Source: Marsupella aquatica (lineage: Eukaryota > Plantae > Marchantiophyta). Taken from it: a DNA stretch of 64,000 bases. A program made the position numbers and the translations under genes. Below are positions 13,601 to 25,977 of the stretch, one piece after another. The DNA is taken from positions 30,076,932 through 30,140,931 of the forward strand of contig OZ316892.1 of the NCBI GenBank assembly GCA_973895155.1. Direction: 5' to 3'. How positions within the stretch are numbered: the first letter of the stretch is position 1; each line of letters starts with the position of its first letter. The notes beneath the pieces were generated by a model. That model made no database searches. It had not been told where the DNA came from and was given only the letters and a program-made list of their open reading frames with translations.

Positions 13601-14460
13601 TTGTAGATGTTGCAACCAAGGGATTCTCCAGTTCAGCTTCTAACCCACATGAGAAATCTACTACCAGGAGAAGACGGAAACTTGGAGAGTAAACCACTAA
13701 GTGTAATTGTTTGTCTCTTCTGAGTTCCTGAATCGCAGTCTTGTTCATTTCAGCTGATTGTCACCATTAACCAATCTATATGGACCTTACATTTCACTCA
13801 TGACCCGGGCTGTGCAATCAAGCCAACCATTTAGGTTTCATTTGTCACAATGACCATTTCTAATCAGACGCCTCAAGTGGAAGATCACCCAAACATGTCG
13901 TGAACGGAATGATTTCAATCAATTCCACGCGAACGATGAACAAGATATCAAAAGCAAGATAACATACCAAACATGCGTAAATGCATGTAAGTAGGTGGAT
14001 TGAAACTGCCTGTGGCAACCAAGACAACTCGCAAGCGCTTTCTACACCACAGAGTATATAAACATACGTTTAAGTGTCAGAGTCGAGATGCAAAGTGCTC
14101 TATTTAGGCGTGATGAAACGCTTCTTCAATTTCTCAAATTTGGGGTTTCTTCCCACTTATTAGCTTTCTTTGGAAACCCTCGTGTGTACTAACTGTTATT
14201 TACCAAGCAACATGATTTGGAAAAGCTATAAGGCTACAGACAACAGGATTTCGTAGAAATGTACAGTAGCAATTTTTTCATGTGAACACGAGATATATCA
14301 TCAGAAAAATACACAGGGGATGATTACTTATCAAAGACTATCATGGGAACCAGGGGGGGAAACAACTCTTGTTCAATAAAAGTTGAGGACTGAACTTACT
14401 GCTGATGCAAGACATCCACAGAGGCGAGTTTGTCCATTGGCAAGGGGACATCGACAATTC
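10624..14460 (-). CDS. NMNAT: Nicotinamide/nicotinate mononucleotide adenylyltransferase catalytic part (exons 2-10 of the fusion model)
   Basis: Complete plant-type NMNAT with the T/HxxH motif (TYMH) and the ISSTxxR motif; nine exons in phase. Confidence 0.95.
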
Positions 14461-16534
14461 CTGCTAGCCGCGCCAGAACAGAACCACATTGACCATACCA
14501 GAAAGTCAAAAAATGTCGATGAGAGAGGAGAGGTGACTCATTCATGCGAATATTGGATGGAACCAACACGAGCATGACAGTATGTAATCAGGCAGTGAGG
14601 TAATAATTTAACGGACAAAAATAAATAAAATTGCAGAAGAGAGCCTTAGAAGAAACGATCGAAAATAGAACTAGACAAAATACTGTCAACGATTAGGGTA
14701 TTCGAATTCACGAAGATACGCTTGGGCGGTGGTGATGAAACATGTGATCAAAGAAAGTCTAAATAGCAGGCAATTGACTTCAAAAAAAATACTAAGCCTT
14801 AGAGACCTAAGAGAAGGACTCCGTAAGAAAATCTGAGCAGGAGAAGGGATAATCGTATAGAGAGCGGCAGAAAGAAGAATGCTCTAAATGAAGACAATAA
14901 CTTACAAGAAGGGAACTGTCAATCCCTACGAGGAGGGGGCCACCTAGACAAGAGAAAAAATAAAATCTGCGGGACTGCCCAGTTCTGTCAATCGTACCAG
15001 AAGTGACCTCGCTGCCACCAGAACCACCATTGCCAGAACCTACTAGCAAGGGAGGCCGGTCCGTGCCTTCATGCTGAGTCCACCCACGGACTCTCCTCGC
15101 TGCAGTCCTATCGCCCAAGAACTCGGCCATAGCCTCGTACAACTGAACGCGAAAGGTGGCCGGGAGCTCCTTAGCCTTGGTCTTCTCCTTCTTCGAGACC
15201 TCGTCCAAATCCCAGTAGTTGGGCCTGCCCACCTTTTTATTCCAGTCCGCTATCTGCTTGAAGGCAGTGGACAAATTGGACCATTTCCTCTCAATCTCCT
15301 TCGGCTGCCGGTCGACTCCCAGGGGCAACAACAAGTTACGGACTTCCTTCCACTTCTCATTCGCTGACTTGAAGACATGCTTGCCTTTCTTCCCGGCCAC
15401 TGCTAACTTCATGTGGATCTGTCTATAAGCACTGACCAGTGCATCCATCTCTGCATCTTGCCATAACTCAGCTCTCTTCTTCTTGCCGATGGCGTCCTTA
15501 TCTCCCTTGTCTCTGCTATCTCCATCTCGGCCCTCAGCATCACCCTCGTCGCCTAAATCCCCATCCACCCCTGCTGCTCCTCCGCAGCTGCCCCCTCCAC
15601 CATCTCCTATGTCTCCTCCTCCTCCCGCAATGCCCACTGCCTCTACTCCATCTGCTCCCACAACTCCTCTCACCACGCCTACGACCACTCCGCCAACGCC
15701 CACTGTTGAGTCCCCACAACCGTCTATCATCCCTGCAACGGCCGACCCTTCCCCTGCAACATTGAGCCCTCTAGTAGAGACCCCCACACCCCGATAGGTC
15801 CCGAGTCCACTATTCGAACCTACAGCAAACGACCCCACAACCTCCACATCTTTCCTATCTGCTCCCGTCTCCATTTCTTTGATTCCGCTGCTGCTGATGT
15901 TGTTGGTGTTGTTGTGGTCTGTAGAGAGGGACCTCTCCACACCTCCTCCTTCCTCGTCATGCCACCAGCCCCCTCTCTTCGTCTTTTTGCTGCTCCTCTC
16001 ATCAGTGCTGCTGCTCCCTCCCCCGTCCCCACCCTTGGCAAAAGCTCCACCCGCTCCTCCACTCAAGGTAGAACCATCTCCTCCGCCCCCACGACGATGA
16101 AATTCATCAGCAACAGCAACAGGATGGGCATGACCACCGTCAGCCTCAATCTTGGGAGGGAGAGAGTCCCTATCTCTGGAAAAAGTCTCGTCCGAGTAAT
16201 TCACTACTCCCACGCCATCGGCTGAGAAAGGGTCTCTTCCGAAAGAGTCGCTGACATAGTTGCTCTCCTTAGGGTATCCTTCAGAGGAGTAGGATTGCCT
16301 TTCCCTGCTGTTGCTTCTGTTACCCAATGCGGTGCCTCCACCGCCGAAGCCTTCGCGCACGTACGAGGGGTCCGGGTACGGGGCAAGCGAGGGAGAGACG
16401 TGGGGATGATGTGGAGGAGGCTGAGGATGCTCCACTGATTGATTGGTATTGGTATTGGTATTGGAAAGAGCGTTCACATTGTGTGTTGCAAAACCAGGGT
16501 GCTCAATGGGCGAGGGATTCGACGGCTGCTCCAT
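10624..16534 (-). CDS. NMNAT: Predicted trihelix (Myb/SANT-like) DNA-binding domain-NMNAT fusion, 10 exons, 755 aa: 16534-14998, 14460-14400, 14041-13968, 13374-13289, 12917-12834, 12537-12453, 12229-12150, 11673-11572, 11352-11294, 10723-10624
   Basis: All nine introns are GT-AG with consistent phases (1,2,1,0,0,1,0,0,2), total 2268 nt. NMNAT motifs: VDVPLPMDKL, LVATGSFNPPTYMHLRMFE, GGYMSPVND, HRITLC, VDPWE, YQRTLTVL, LLCGADLLESF, GVW, ISSTKLR, LSIKYLT..VIHYIKTHHLY. Confidence 0.85.
15117..15485 (-). other. Trihelix / Myb-SANT-like DNA-binding domain (resembles the SH4/ASR3 clade) within exon 1
   Basis: KKKRAELWQDAEMDALV..KWKEVRNLL..GVDRQPKEIERKWSNLSTAFKQIADW..NYWDL..LPATF..LYEAM shows the three spaced Trp residues plus the YW...LP..F extension, preceded by a basic NLS-like patch. 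Confidence 0.8.
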
Positions 16535-18586
16535 GAGAATCGTCTTGGCTGAGAGGCGGTTTTCCTCTACTCCCTCAGCTTACTCTGCCCTAGCCTGTCT
16601 CCCAATTCTTGCAGCAGCAGCAGCAGCCTACAAGTGCTAGTTGAGTGCAGAATTCACTTGATCGATAAGCGTAAATCGAAAGATTTCCTTAGAGCAGCGA
16701 TTGGCTTAGAAGAAGAGGCAGAGTCAGCAGCAGCATTGGAGCTCGCTGCAAGCTTGGTCACATCCATCGAAGGAGCGAACGTCACTCGGCCCTTATACCA
16801 TTCACCATTCCTTCTTCGTTTCTTCTTCTTCCTCTTCTTCGTCTTCGTCCTCTTTTTCTTCAACACAGCAGTAACAGAATCTTACTACACTTTCTCCAAC
16901 CGCTACGACTACTGAATCTCCTTTTCAACTCGCTCCTCGGCCGCCGCACAACAGCTGTTGAATCCACTTTTCTAAAAATGCGCATTTCCTCCTCACATGC
17001 GGCCATGGTATGCTTCTCCAACGAGACCCTACAGCTGCTGCTCCTGCTGCTGTTTCTATTATGATCGTACCACAAAAATAACACCACCACCTATCCAGAC
17101 CGTCGTCATCGGAGAAACTAATCCTCAACTCTTTCTTCTGCGCGTTGATTGTTATTGCCGGCCTTCCTGATGACGATGATGGTCAATTCAGCAACCTGAT
17201 TACATATTGCCGATGTCCCGATCAGCAACGGGACAAGAGCCTGCTTGCTACTGTTGTAGACCTAGTAACCAAGCATCTGCTGCGTGCTATACGGTACATC
17301 ACAAGCAGGCAGGCAAGACGACTAAAATTCCTCCGTCGTCTTGCAAGCAAACTCCCACTCACCGCAGCGAGCTACAGTCGTGCTGCAATCTTCTTCGTTC
17401 GTCCTCTGGAGGACACTCTTTCCACAAACTTGCTCACCTCGGTCTCTCTCAAACCGCAAGGAGGACTCGAGTGATGGATAATTCATTCTTTGATTCGTTC
17501 GAAAATCGAACATCCTTTCTCACAAAGGCAGCAAGCGACGAGCGGGAACTGCAACCCGTAGAGAGCGATTCAAACCAAAACCCGAACCAGTTTCAACCCA
17601 ACGAAGTGAACGAACGCTCCTTCTGTCCCTTCACAGGAAACTCTGAGGTGGACTGAAAAGATAGTTATACAACTACAGAATGATGCAGCAGAACGACAGA
17701 AATTGTACTGAAGACGGGACGCTATGGCTAAAGAAAGGAGGCAAAGTCCTCTCCAAAACACAGAGAAAGACACGAGTCAACCAGGACGACGAGCGAAAGA
17801 CACCTTTCTTTCCTTACTGGCGTGTTGTATTATTCACCGGGAAAAGAAAATACAGTACAGAAGAAAATCGCATGATTTGTACGTCAGGTAGCAAGAAAGG
17901 AGGAGAGCACAGAGGGGACAGGAACTCTTCTTCCCCTTCGTTCACCCCACATCTTTCCGGAGTCAGACCTTCTCCTTGACTGATCTTTCCTTCCTGCCCC
18001 AGCTGCCACCCTGCCGCTCCACGGACGTTCCTTCCTTCTCCTGTCTTACGTCCTGCGCAATCGATCAGCTTCCGATTACAATCCCCCCGTTGACCTGTGT
18101 GTATCAGATCACGGCCAATTCCTCCAGGCTAAGAAGTTTCGAGCTCCAAAATCGTCCCCGGTAATAACAATACGGCCATTTCCACCAGGGCAAGAACATT
18201 TTGTGCTTCCAGATCGTCCCCGGCGAAGGCACATCAGTATTGCGGATGATGGATGCTGCGCGACGAAATCTTCTGCCTGCTTGTTCTTGCACCACATCAA
18301 AGAGTCTCGACGAGCGGATGAAAGAGGCCGGAAGAATCCCGGTGTTGGAAAGAAACGCCGGCCAAGCAAAAAGCCGGGCGAAAAGATGTGCGCAAACCTT
18401 GGAAAGATACGGAAAGATAGTGAATGCAAGAAAGATGCGGCGGACATTGGGGCCATGGCTTTAGCAGCTTCGATCGTCGGCTCGGCCCCCGGTCCCAGCG
18501 TGGCAATAATTATGTTCGTTGCTCTTTGGGGCCGCACGCATCCATTATTTGATACTTTCCTTGTTACAAATTAAATAGTGTCTCCT

Positions 18587-18755
18587 GCCAAAAAAAAGCT
18601 CTCAATAATTTATTTATTTTGGTATTCTTTGGTCACATCATAGTACTAAAATATTAAGCCCCGCCCCAGGGGTTGCCAAAAATGCTCTCAATAATGATCT
18701 TATTTCTTTGGTATTCTTTGGTCACATCATAATAATACAATATCAAAGCCCCCCA
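18587..18755. repeat. Tandem duplication of ~85 bp
   Basis: gccaaaaa..ctctcaataat..tttggtattctttggtcacatcata..aagcccc occurs twice. Confidence 0.75.
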
Positions 18756-20459
18756 GAAAAGTTTGCTTGTAAGCCCGGATGAATTTCCAACTCCCCAATG
18801 AACTAACAGAGAGCATCAAAATTAGAGTTTTGTCTATAATGTGATCCGGAAATGGGGTCCTGACCATTTATAACAGACTTTCAATTAGTTTCCAAATTGT
18901 CAATACATGTACGAGAGATGTCATTACCTTAAACCCAGTCCTGCCAACCACTAGCAATCCTCCAACAGTTTAGGGGATGTGAGCATACAAAGAATAAATG
19001 CCAAATAGTCCCAACTATTCCAGGGCATCCATATGAAGTGAGTGCACCAGTGAGAGTCCTTCAGCAAGGATGTGCCACACATATACTTTGACCCAAGTTG
19101 AAAGATCACATGAAGACCATAGATGTCTCTAACGTCATTTCAATCAGTCTCAGAGAGTGTCGATCTCATCCAAATCCAGGTTAATCGGGAGTGATCAGTC
19201 TTGTGGGATGAAGCACATGATCATATACTTTGCAATTAGCAACACCAAAATTCTTGATTGCCACATCCCATCAGTCCAGTGCCACTGCCAGGACAAAGAA
19301 TCAAAGTCACTACCTCAAAATGTTGAACTCTGTATCTACACAAAGAGAGTATGACGTAGGTTCATGAGTGGCTCAAGTGTTCCCTTGAGCAACTCAGTAG
19401 AATCTCTACATCAATCCAAGCTCCAGTAACAACAGACCAGATAATTGAACTCGCTTAGCTTCCTCACACCTAACCTCCCTCCATATATAGCATGCTCATC
19501 CTGGAACATGCTTCATTTTTTGTTTTTTAGTGATATACAAGTGTTCTAATTAAAATATAAACAGGACATTGACTAGGAAGTTTTACAGTCAATCTATGAT
19601 ATTGAAACTTGTGCAAATAAAGTACAAAAATAAAAGTACACATGTAAAGAAAAATAATAATGAACAGAAAAGATTAAGTTTATGGTATTGGGATGTGCAC
19701 ACAATGTACATGAGTAGAGATACTTATGTACTTACTTTAGGTAATGACACTCAAAATAATTAAAACCATAAATTTAGTACACAAAATCATAAATTTAGTA
19801 CACAAAACCATGAGTAATACTTAAAGACAAAAAGGTGTGCACATTATTTAGATCATTTCTTCTGTACTCACGAGAATAAGGGCTAGCAATTCAACGAGCT
19901 TTGTTACAGGGTGGATGACCTTAAAATATAGCAAAGATTTAAAAAAAAATAGAGGGGTGCTAGAATAAATTGGAAATCTAAATTATACAAGGGATGCACC
20001 TTGGTAAGACACATTGAAACAAAAATGCATAACAAAAGAAGTTTGAATAAGACAAAATACTGAAAGTTGCATTCACCATATAGCATATAGCAGCTTCAAA
20101 AAAATCTACCAGAATTTGTAAGTCCTTAGCAGAAAAGCATAAAATCCCTCTTGCATCTTAGGAGATTTTCCAATCCCCAACTACCAGGGATAGCAATATG
20201 ATTAGGGCAAGAAAGTCAGGTTTTCCTGCACATTGTCCTAAGCACTCCAAAGATGCCCCGTATATACAAGCCTGTCAAATGATGGTGGAGTGTTTGAGTT
20301 ACATTTTGTCAGTCATAGAGTACCCATGCGGAAGTCTTGTCTTGTGATCTGTACACTTAGTTTGTAAGTCCCAAAATCACAAATTACACCTATGCCCTCT
20401 CCAAGTTAGGATTCTCCAGCACACTTGTAAACTATTTGCTTAGTAGTGGATTTGAGTGA

Positions 20460-20800
20460 CTTCTGAAGTCCTTCAGACCAAATCCCCCTTAGATTTTAGG
20501 CCTGGAAAACCTATCCCATGTGAATTAGAGGGATCCTGGCCCCACCTTGGTCATTGCCCCAAAGAAAGACCAGGTATACTGCAATGATTTTCCTGGTCAA
20601 TATTTCTGAGGATTTCAGGAACATCATATGGTAAATCAGTATTGCTTGCAGCACATGCATGATAAGAAGTACTCCCCCATTGAAAGAGAGAAAACTTGTT
20701 GACCAGGAAGAGACCTTTGCACCAATTCCGTCCAATCAAAAATAATGTTGTTGTGACATAGAAAGACTAAATCCAAGAGGGGCACCCAGGTACTGTTGCA
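20460..20800 (-). mobile_element. Degenerate L1-like LINE fragment (post-RT region)
   Basis: Translation ..SWSTSFLSFNGGVLLIMHVLQAILIYHM..FLWG..IPLIH..GGFG matches the conserved LS..GR..L..VL..IP.Y.M..FLW..GG(L)G segment of plant L1 ORF2. Confidence 0.65.
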
Positions 20801-22539
20801 CCTCTCTTCATTCGCTTAGTTTAGTTTAGTATGCTATGGGATTTTAGTTACTTTTATCGTTATGGAAGACTCGCAAGCTTAGTTGCCTGGTTGGTCTTCT
20901 TTGGGTTGTTCCCTTGTCTCCCCAACACCCTTTCTTGGGTCTCTTGCCTTTGGGATCATGTCTCCCGGTTTGGCGCTTTTATTCCTTGGCAATGTGCTGA
21001 CAATGTGATATATGCTTAACAGATGATCTCAGTGAGAAGGTTACCATTGTTTTGTGCCACGTCTTCTTCCAGATTGGTTGGTGTGAAGTAGGCTACTCCT
21101 TATTCCAAATTGGCTACTTAGATGGAAAGGTTGGAATAGAGCGTACGAGGTATATAAGTCAGGTTTAGGGTTTGTGAGGCTTATCTCAAAATCAAGTCTT
21201 CTAAACACCGCACACTGACATGTGAATTGCTTTTGTGAAAACACAGTCTTTGTAAAGCAAGGTACTCGGTGTTCGTGTTCCTCTTGGCTGGAATGATATA
21301 AAAAATTAAGTGTTGTACTGGAACTTGTTGCTATGGAGTAGGTGTGGGACTAAGAGTATTAAATAATGGATAACAAAGTGTTGCTAGCTGAGGTAGTTAG
21401 AATTCCGGAGTCCTATTGGGCTCGCAGGTGGAATTTATTTGACGGATTAATAGTTGCAGAGTACAAGGGGTTCCTTGGTTGTGAAGACAAGTACGATTTC
21501 TAGAAGGTCCTAGAAGGTGAATTGAATTTTTAATCATTAATAAATGTTTGAGCACTTATTAAGCTATGACTTGAGTCTTTTGAAATTGAGCCCAGTTGGA
21601 CTTCCATGTTTGCCAAAAGGCTTGAGTAGATTTTTGCAACCTGGATAGACTGCGGCAAACCCTCTTTCTGCTAAGACAGTACAGATTACACATATGAGTG
21701 CAACGTGGCAAGACAATGACAGAGACAATCAGCATAGGGTGAGCCATGAAATTCAGCATTTGGAAACTATAGCTCACAAAAAACGCCCAGATATTTGTTG
21801 AGATTGAGAGGCGGGAGGGAAGAGAAGAGATCTGACTGCACGATAATGTCCTGAGTATTCTCAATAGCCATAACTATGTGCATCACTCAAAGAAACATAA
21901 ACTAAGACTGGGCAGATTTCATGTTCTTTAAGGTGACAAACAAAATATTGCAAATCAAAGATGCAACAGTTCATCTTTACCTCCATCCCTCTTTTTTCAA
22001 CCTCACTTCTATTTACGCACCCCCATTAGCGGTCCTTTGCAAAATTCCTGGCTCCACAGCGCGCCACATCATCATGGCACGCTGCAAACAGGAAGAGACT
22101 TGTTTTTGGATAAAATTAACTTCTGCATTCGTGTTTGTGACAAGTTTGTTGTAAAAACTAAGACGCCATGCCGTAAAAAAGAATGTAAAAAAACTGACAT
22201 GGAAATCAAAAGACAAAAAGATTGAGGCAAAATTGCTCCCAATAACTGTTTTATTTACATTTTGATTTTATTCAAAACATAAAATTTTCCCAGTAGCAAT
22301 TTTTGATTTGACATTGCTAAGTCAAATCAGAATGAAAACTCACGTATAATATGGCGTTAGAAAGATCTTGAAGAGACAGTCCTGATGAGCTCAGCATTGT
22401 CATCATTCGATAAGAATTGAGTAAATAATTTGAAAAAGAGATTTTACCTGTGATTTCATAGTCTCTAACGTGAATAGAACTCTTTGTTGTACAACCCCTG
22501 AAATGTTTACCCCTTCCATGAGAATGAACCTAAAATTGA

Positions 22540-23412
22540 CAGATTTTATCGAGTACTAAGGAGATTATGAATTTTAGAATTTCTTTAGCTTTTAATGAAC
22601 TTAACATTGATAGATTTTGTTGAGTTCTAAGTAGACTATAAGTTTCCAATGTTCTTTAGCTTTCCAATGAGTGTAACATTGGGAGGTTTTATCAAGTACT
22701 AAAGTGGTCATGAGTTTCTAACATTCTCTAGCTTTTGATCGATTCCAAATTCCACAATTGGAGATTTGTTTCCATGAAAGTTTTTGTCTTAAATGATTAT
22801 GCAAAGTTATTGATTTGATGACACCGATGACTTCTCTCTCTTCGTCTATCTACGTGTAGGAATTGAAAGTGATTACTTTTGATGCAATTTGAAAGCATCC
22901 AGCATCCCTTCGATATCGTGGAGGAAACCATTGAGCATTGTTTTGCTGAAGTGGGCAATTAAGCTACCCACACATTAAACAATAGTTCACAATGCAACTA
23001 GTTTTGCGATTGATGTTAATTATGGTTGCCTTGGTAAGTTTGGCAATTGTTTCAAGTGTCAAACATTGACTTGTCCATTTTTGAATTTTTTTTCTTTTCA
23101 TTTGGAGGTCCATCTAGGCTTCAGTGTCTAGATAGCTCAAACATTGACTTGTCCATTTTTTATTTTTATTTTTTTGATTTGGAGGTCCATCTAGGCTTCA
23201 GTTTCTAGATAACTGCCTCTAAAATAACATGGAGTCCATGGATTAATTTGTCTTTGTGGAGAGTCACTCTTAATTTTTCTATTTTGTGAGTCACTCTTAG
23301 TTTTGTCCTTATTTAGAGGCAACTAGCCCAACTAGTCACTCTTTGTTTTCTAGTTTGTCTGTATCAAGAGACTCTTAGTTTTGTCCTTATTTAGAGGCAA
23401 CTAGCCCAACTA
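22540..23412. repeat. Cluster of short degenerate tandem duplications (~60-bp x3, ~78-bp x2, ~40-bp x2)
   Basis: Repeats include acattga.agattttat..agtactaag..tttctttagcttt (22535-22740), caaacattgacttgtccatttt..ggaggtccatctaggcttcagt (23060-23210) and actcttagttttgtccttatttagaggcaactagcccaacta (23293-23412). Confidence 0.65.
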
Positions 23413-24369
23413 CCTGTTCCTTGAAGGTTAATAGAGACAAAGACAAAAGAATTTGCAAAAAGACATCCTAAGTATGGTATTTCCTTGGGGTTGATTATCA
23501 AAAGTCTTAGGAAATATGTGCGATCCAAAATAGGTATTTTTGATAGAAATTAACTAAATTTTTAAAAAGCATAGGAGACAACAGAAGGTATTATAAACTC
23601 ATGTTTATAGAATATTCTCTCATATATATCTTTTATAAAGTAAAAGAGGTTATTAATGTTGAAAATAGAGAATATTCTAGATCTATTTATATTAGGCTAG
23701 GATTGCACGTGGTACCCCAAAATATACACTTAGTTAACCTTCCGAGGGTATTTCCTTTTCATCTTTGCCCCATCCAATGTATTTTTAAGGATTTTACTTT
23801 TTCGCCAAAGTGGCGAATGTCCAGTGTGTGAAGGAGAAGATGCTTAAAATAATATGAGCAAGAGTTTACAACAATCTTGTGTGTACCTTGTCATAATGTA
23901 CTACAAGTAGAGCCAAACCCACCCGCTAGCCATGCGGGACTCCAGGTTTATACACATAGCAAAAACCTTGTCCAATGCGTCAACATGCAAACCGGCATTG
24001 CTCCACTCTCACATCATAGCCATACTCACATGACAAGACTCTACTAGTGTTGGAAGGCTCAACTTGGAAGAATGAGGCCCCAATCCTCATTCTCCAAGGT
24101 ATGCCCCCTTCCTTGGCACAACAAGTGGTGACCCAAGTGAATGGGTCATCCCTACCAGGTGACATGCTACTACAAGTCACCCTCCTAAACACACACACAC
24201 ACACACACACAACAAAGCAACTTAGCAAACAATTAGCAAAGTTGCACATAATGTAATATGGGGTGATATGCTGGTACTGGTGTTGGGGCTGGCGCTGGTT
24301 CATGACCATACTCATGCTCAATCTCTCCCTCAATCCTATCAGCATCCAACATTTATGTCATCATCTTCC

Positions 24370-24790
24370 TGTTGGGTATTTACTCTTATGTCTAGGTTAG
24401 GTATGACGTGGTTGGTACAACAACGTGGGTTGGTACAACTACGTGGTTAGGTACAACTACGTGATTAGGTACAACTATGTGGTTAGGTACAACTACGTGA
24501 TTAGGTACAACTATGTGGTTAGGTACAACTAAGTTGCACACTATATCATAAGAGGCATGTGTGCTTGGAGAGGTAGGACCAAGGCTCATTGTTATGGAGC
24601 CACTTGAGAGATAGGGAGAGCTTACACTGTGGAGACTCGGTATAGCCGACGGGCTTAGAGTTCAGTAAAGCTCTCTTGTGTGTTCCCGTGGACGTAGCCT
24701 CAAGGAGGTGAACCACGTATCTCTTGTGTCAACTATTGTGCGTTGGATGGTTCATGGGCTTGTCGTTGCGATCGTCGTCTATGCTCAACA
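24370..24790 (+). repeat. 5' LTR of the copia element (contains an 18-bp tandem array)
   Basis: TGTTGGG...CTCAACA; five substitutions relative to the 3' LTR by eye. Confidence 0.95.
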
Positions 24791-24792
24791 AT

Positions 24793-24804
24793 TGGTATCA
24801 GAGC
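24793..24804 (+). promoter_or_regulatory. Primer-binding site complementary to the tRNA-iMet 3' end
   Basis: TGGTATCAGAGC, 2 nt after the LTR end. Confidence 0.9.
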
Positions 24805-25977
24805 ATGCTTGGGAGGTGACGTGTGTTCGTGACGGGATTTCATGACGGTTTTTCCAGCGTTGAGTGTTGGTGGATTTTCCAGAGTTCCATCGCATGGAAC
24901 TTGGAGTTTATGGGCTCAACGGATAGATCAGGGCAAGAGCTTTCTAACGGTGTGAAGAAATCGTTGAACGGAGCTCGTGGTGCAGAGAGATCTAAGTTTT
25001 CGTCGTTCTGGATTTTGTGAAGAAAGTTGGCAATCGACTCGGAGGGAGAAGCGTCAAGTGTTTTGACTCAACGGAGAGATTGAGGCAAGACGATTGTTTT
25101 TGAGTCCGGGATTGGCTCTTTGATGCAAAGAGGAAGGCTAAGCAAAATCAATTACCTTGTTGGACTTGGTGACGGCACCAAGTGCAATTGATCAACATTC
25201 GTTGTTGACAAGGTACCATTTTTTTCTCTTTGAAAAACTGATTCGAAATTGGCTATGGCAATTGAGAGTAATCTGTCATCTTTACCAATTTTTTTCTCCC
25301 TCGTTCTTTCCTCGTTTTGGGTGCTTCTTATATCGATCTTCATCGCCTCGGAGTCTAGTTTCCAAATCTGAAATCGGATCTTGATTTCGTCAAAACCCGA
25401 GTGAGATATCTTGCGTTTGGTGTCGAGGGGTACATTCTGCCGTGTGTATTTTCTGCGCGCGCGACCAGATTTCGACGACGAAGGGTGGTAGGGGGTTTTG
25501 GGGGTTCGAGGACACATGTCAGCCCCTCGATTGTTCTTCCAAAATTCACACAGGGCCTGTACAAGGGTCATAGAATATTCCAAAAAACCAGAGAGCTATT
25601 TTTTGACCGTCCGACAAAGATTTCATCCGCCGAACGGTAACTTTTTTGGTTATTTTTCGGCGAGGTCGTAGCCATTGAAGTTGGCAATGCAGCGCACCAA
25701 TCACATCGCAATTCCGACAACGGGTTGTACTTGGTATTTCGGTTATTCCCTGAGGTGGTCAAAACGGGGGAGTTTCCCAAGGTTTTACCCACCTCGACCG
25801 AAATTTGAATAACTTTTTTTTTGTCAAATTTCGATTTTGATTTCGGTTTTCAGTATTGGACTCCTAGCTTTGTGGGCTACGCGGCGGTGTTGAGTTTTGA
25901 GTTTTTTGAGAAGTTGTGAAAAACAACATTTTTTGTGATTTTCTCATATGAGTGATTCGGAGGAGTTTTTCGAAGAC

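Noticed and set aside
15071-16225. Pro/Ser/Thr-rich plus-strand ORFs resembling extensins or AGPs
   Set aside because: They are the antisense of the Gly-rich region of the trihelix exon.
14807-16534. 575-aa single-exon trihelix gene as a stand-alone call
   Set aside because: The last ~60 codons are T-rich intron-like sequence after a good donor that is phase-matched to the NMNAT exon. The fusion model fits better; this form is kept only as a possible isoform.
18900-19400. LINE endonuclease remnant (W..SRI, TDH.P-like on the minus strand)
   Set aside because: Too degenerate, and in the wrong order relative to the 20.5-kb LINE fragment, to support a call.
24392-24589. CRISPR-like array or VVPNH-repeat peptide ORF
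   Set aside because: These are head-to-tail 18-bp LTR repeats without unique spacers, in a eukaryotic context with no cas genes.
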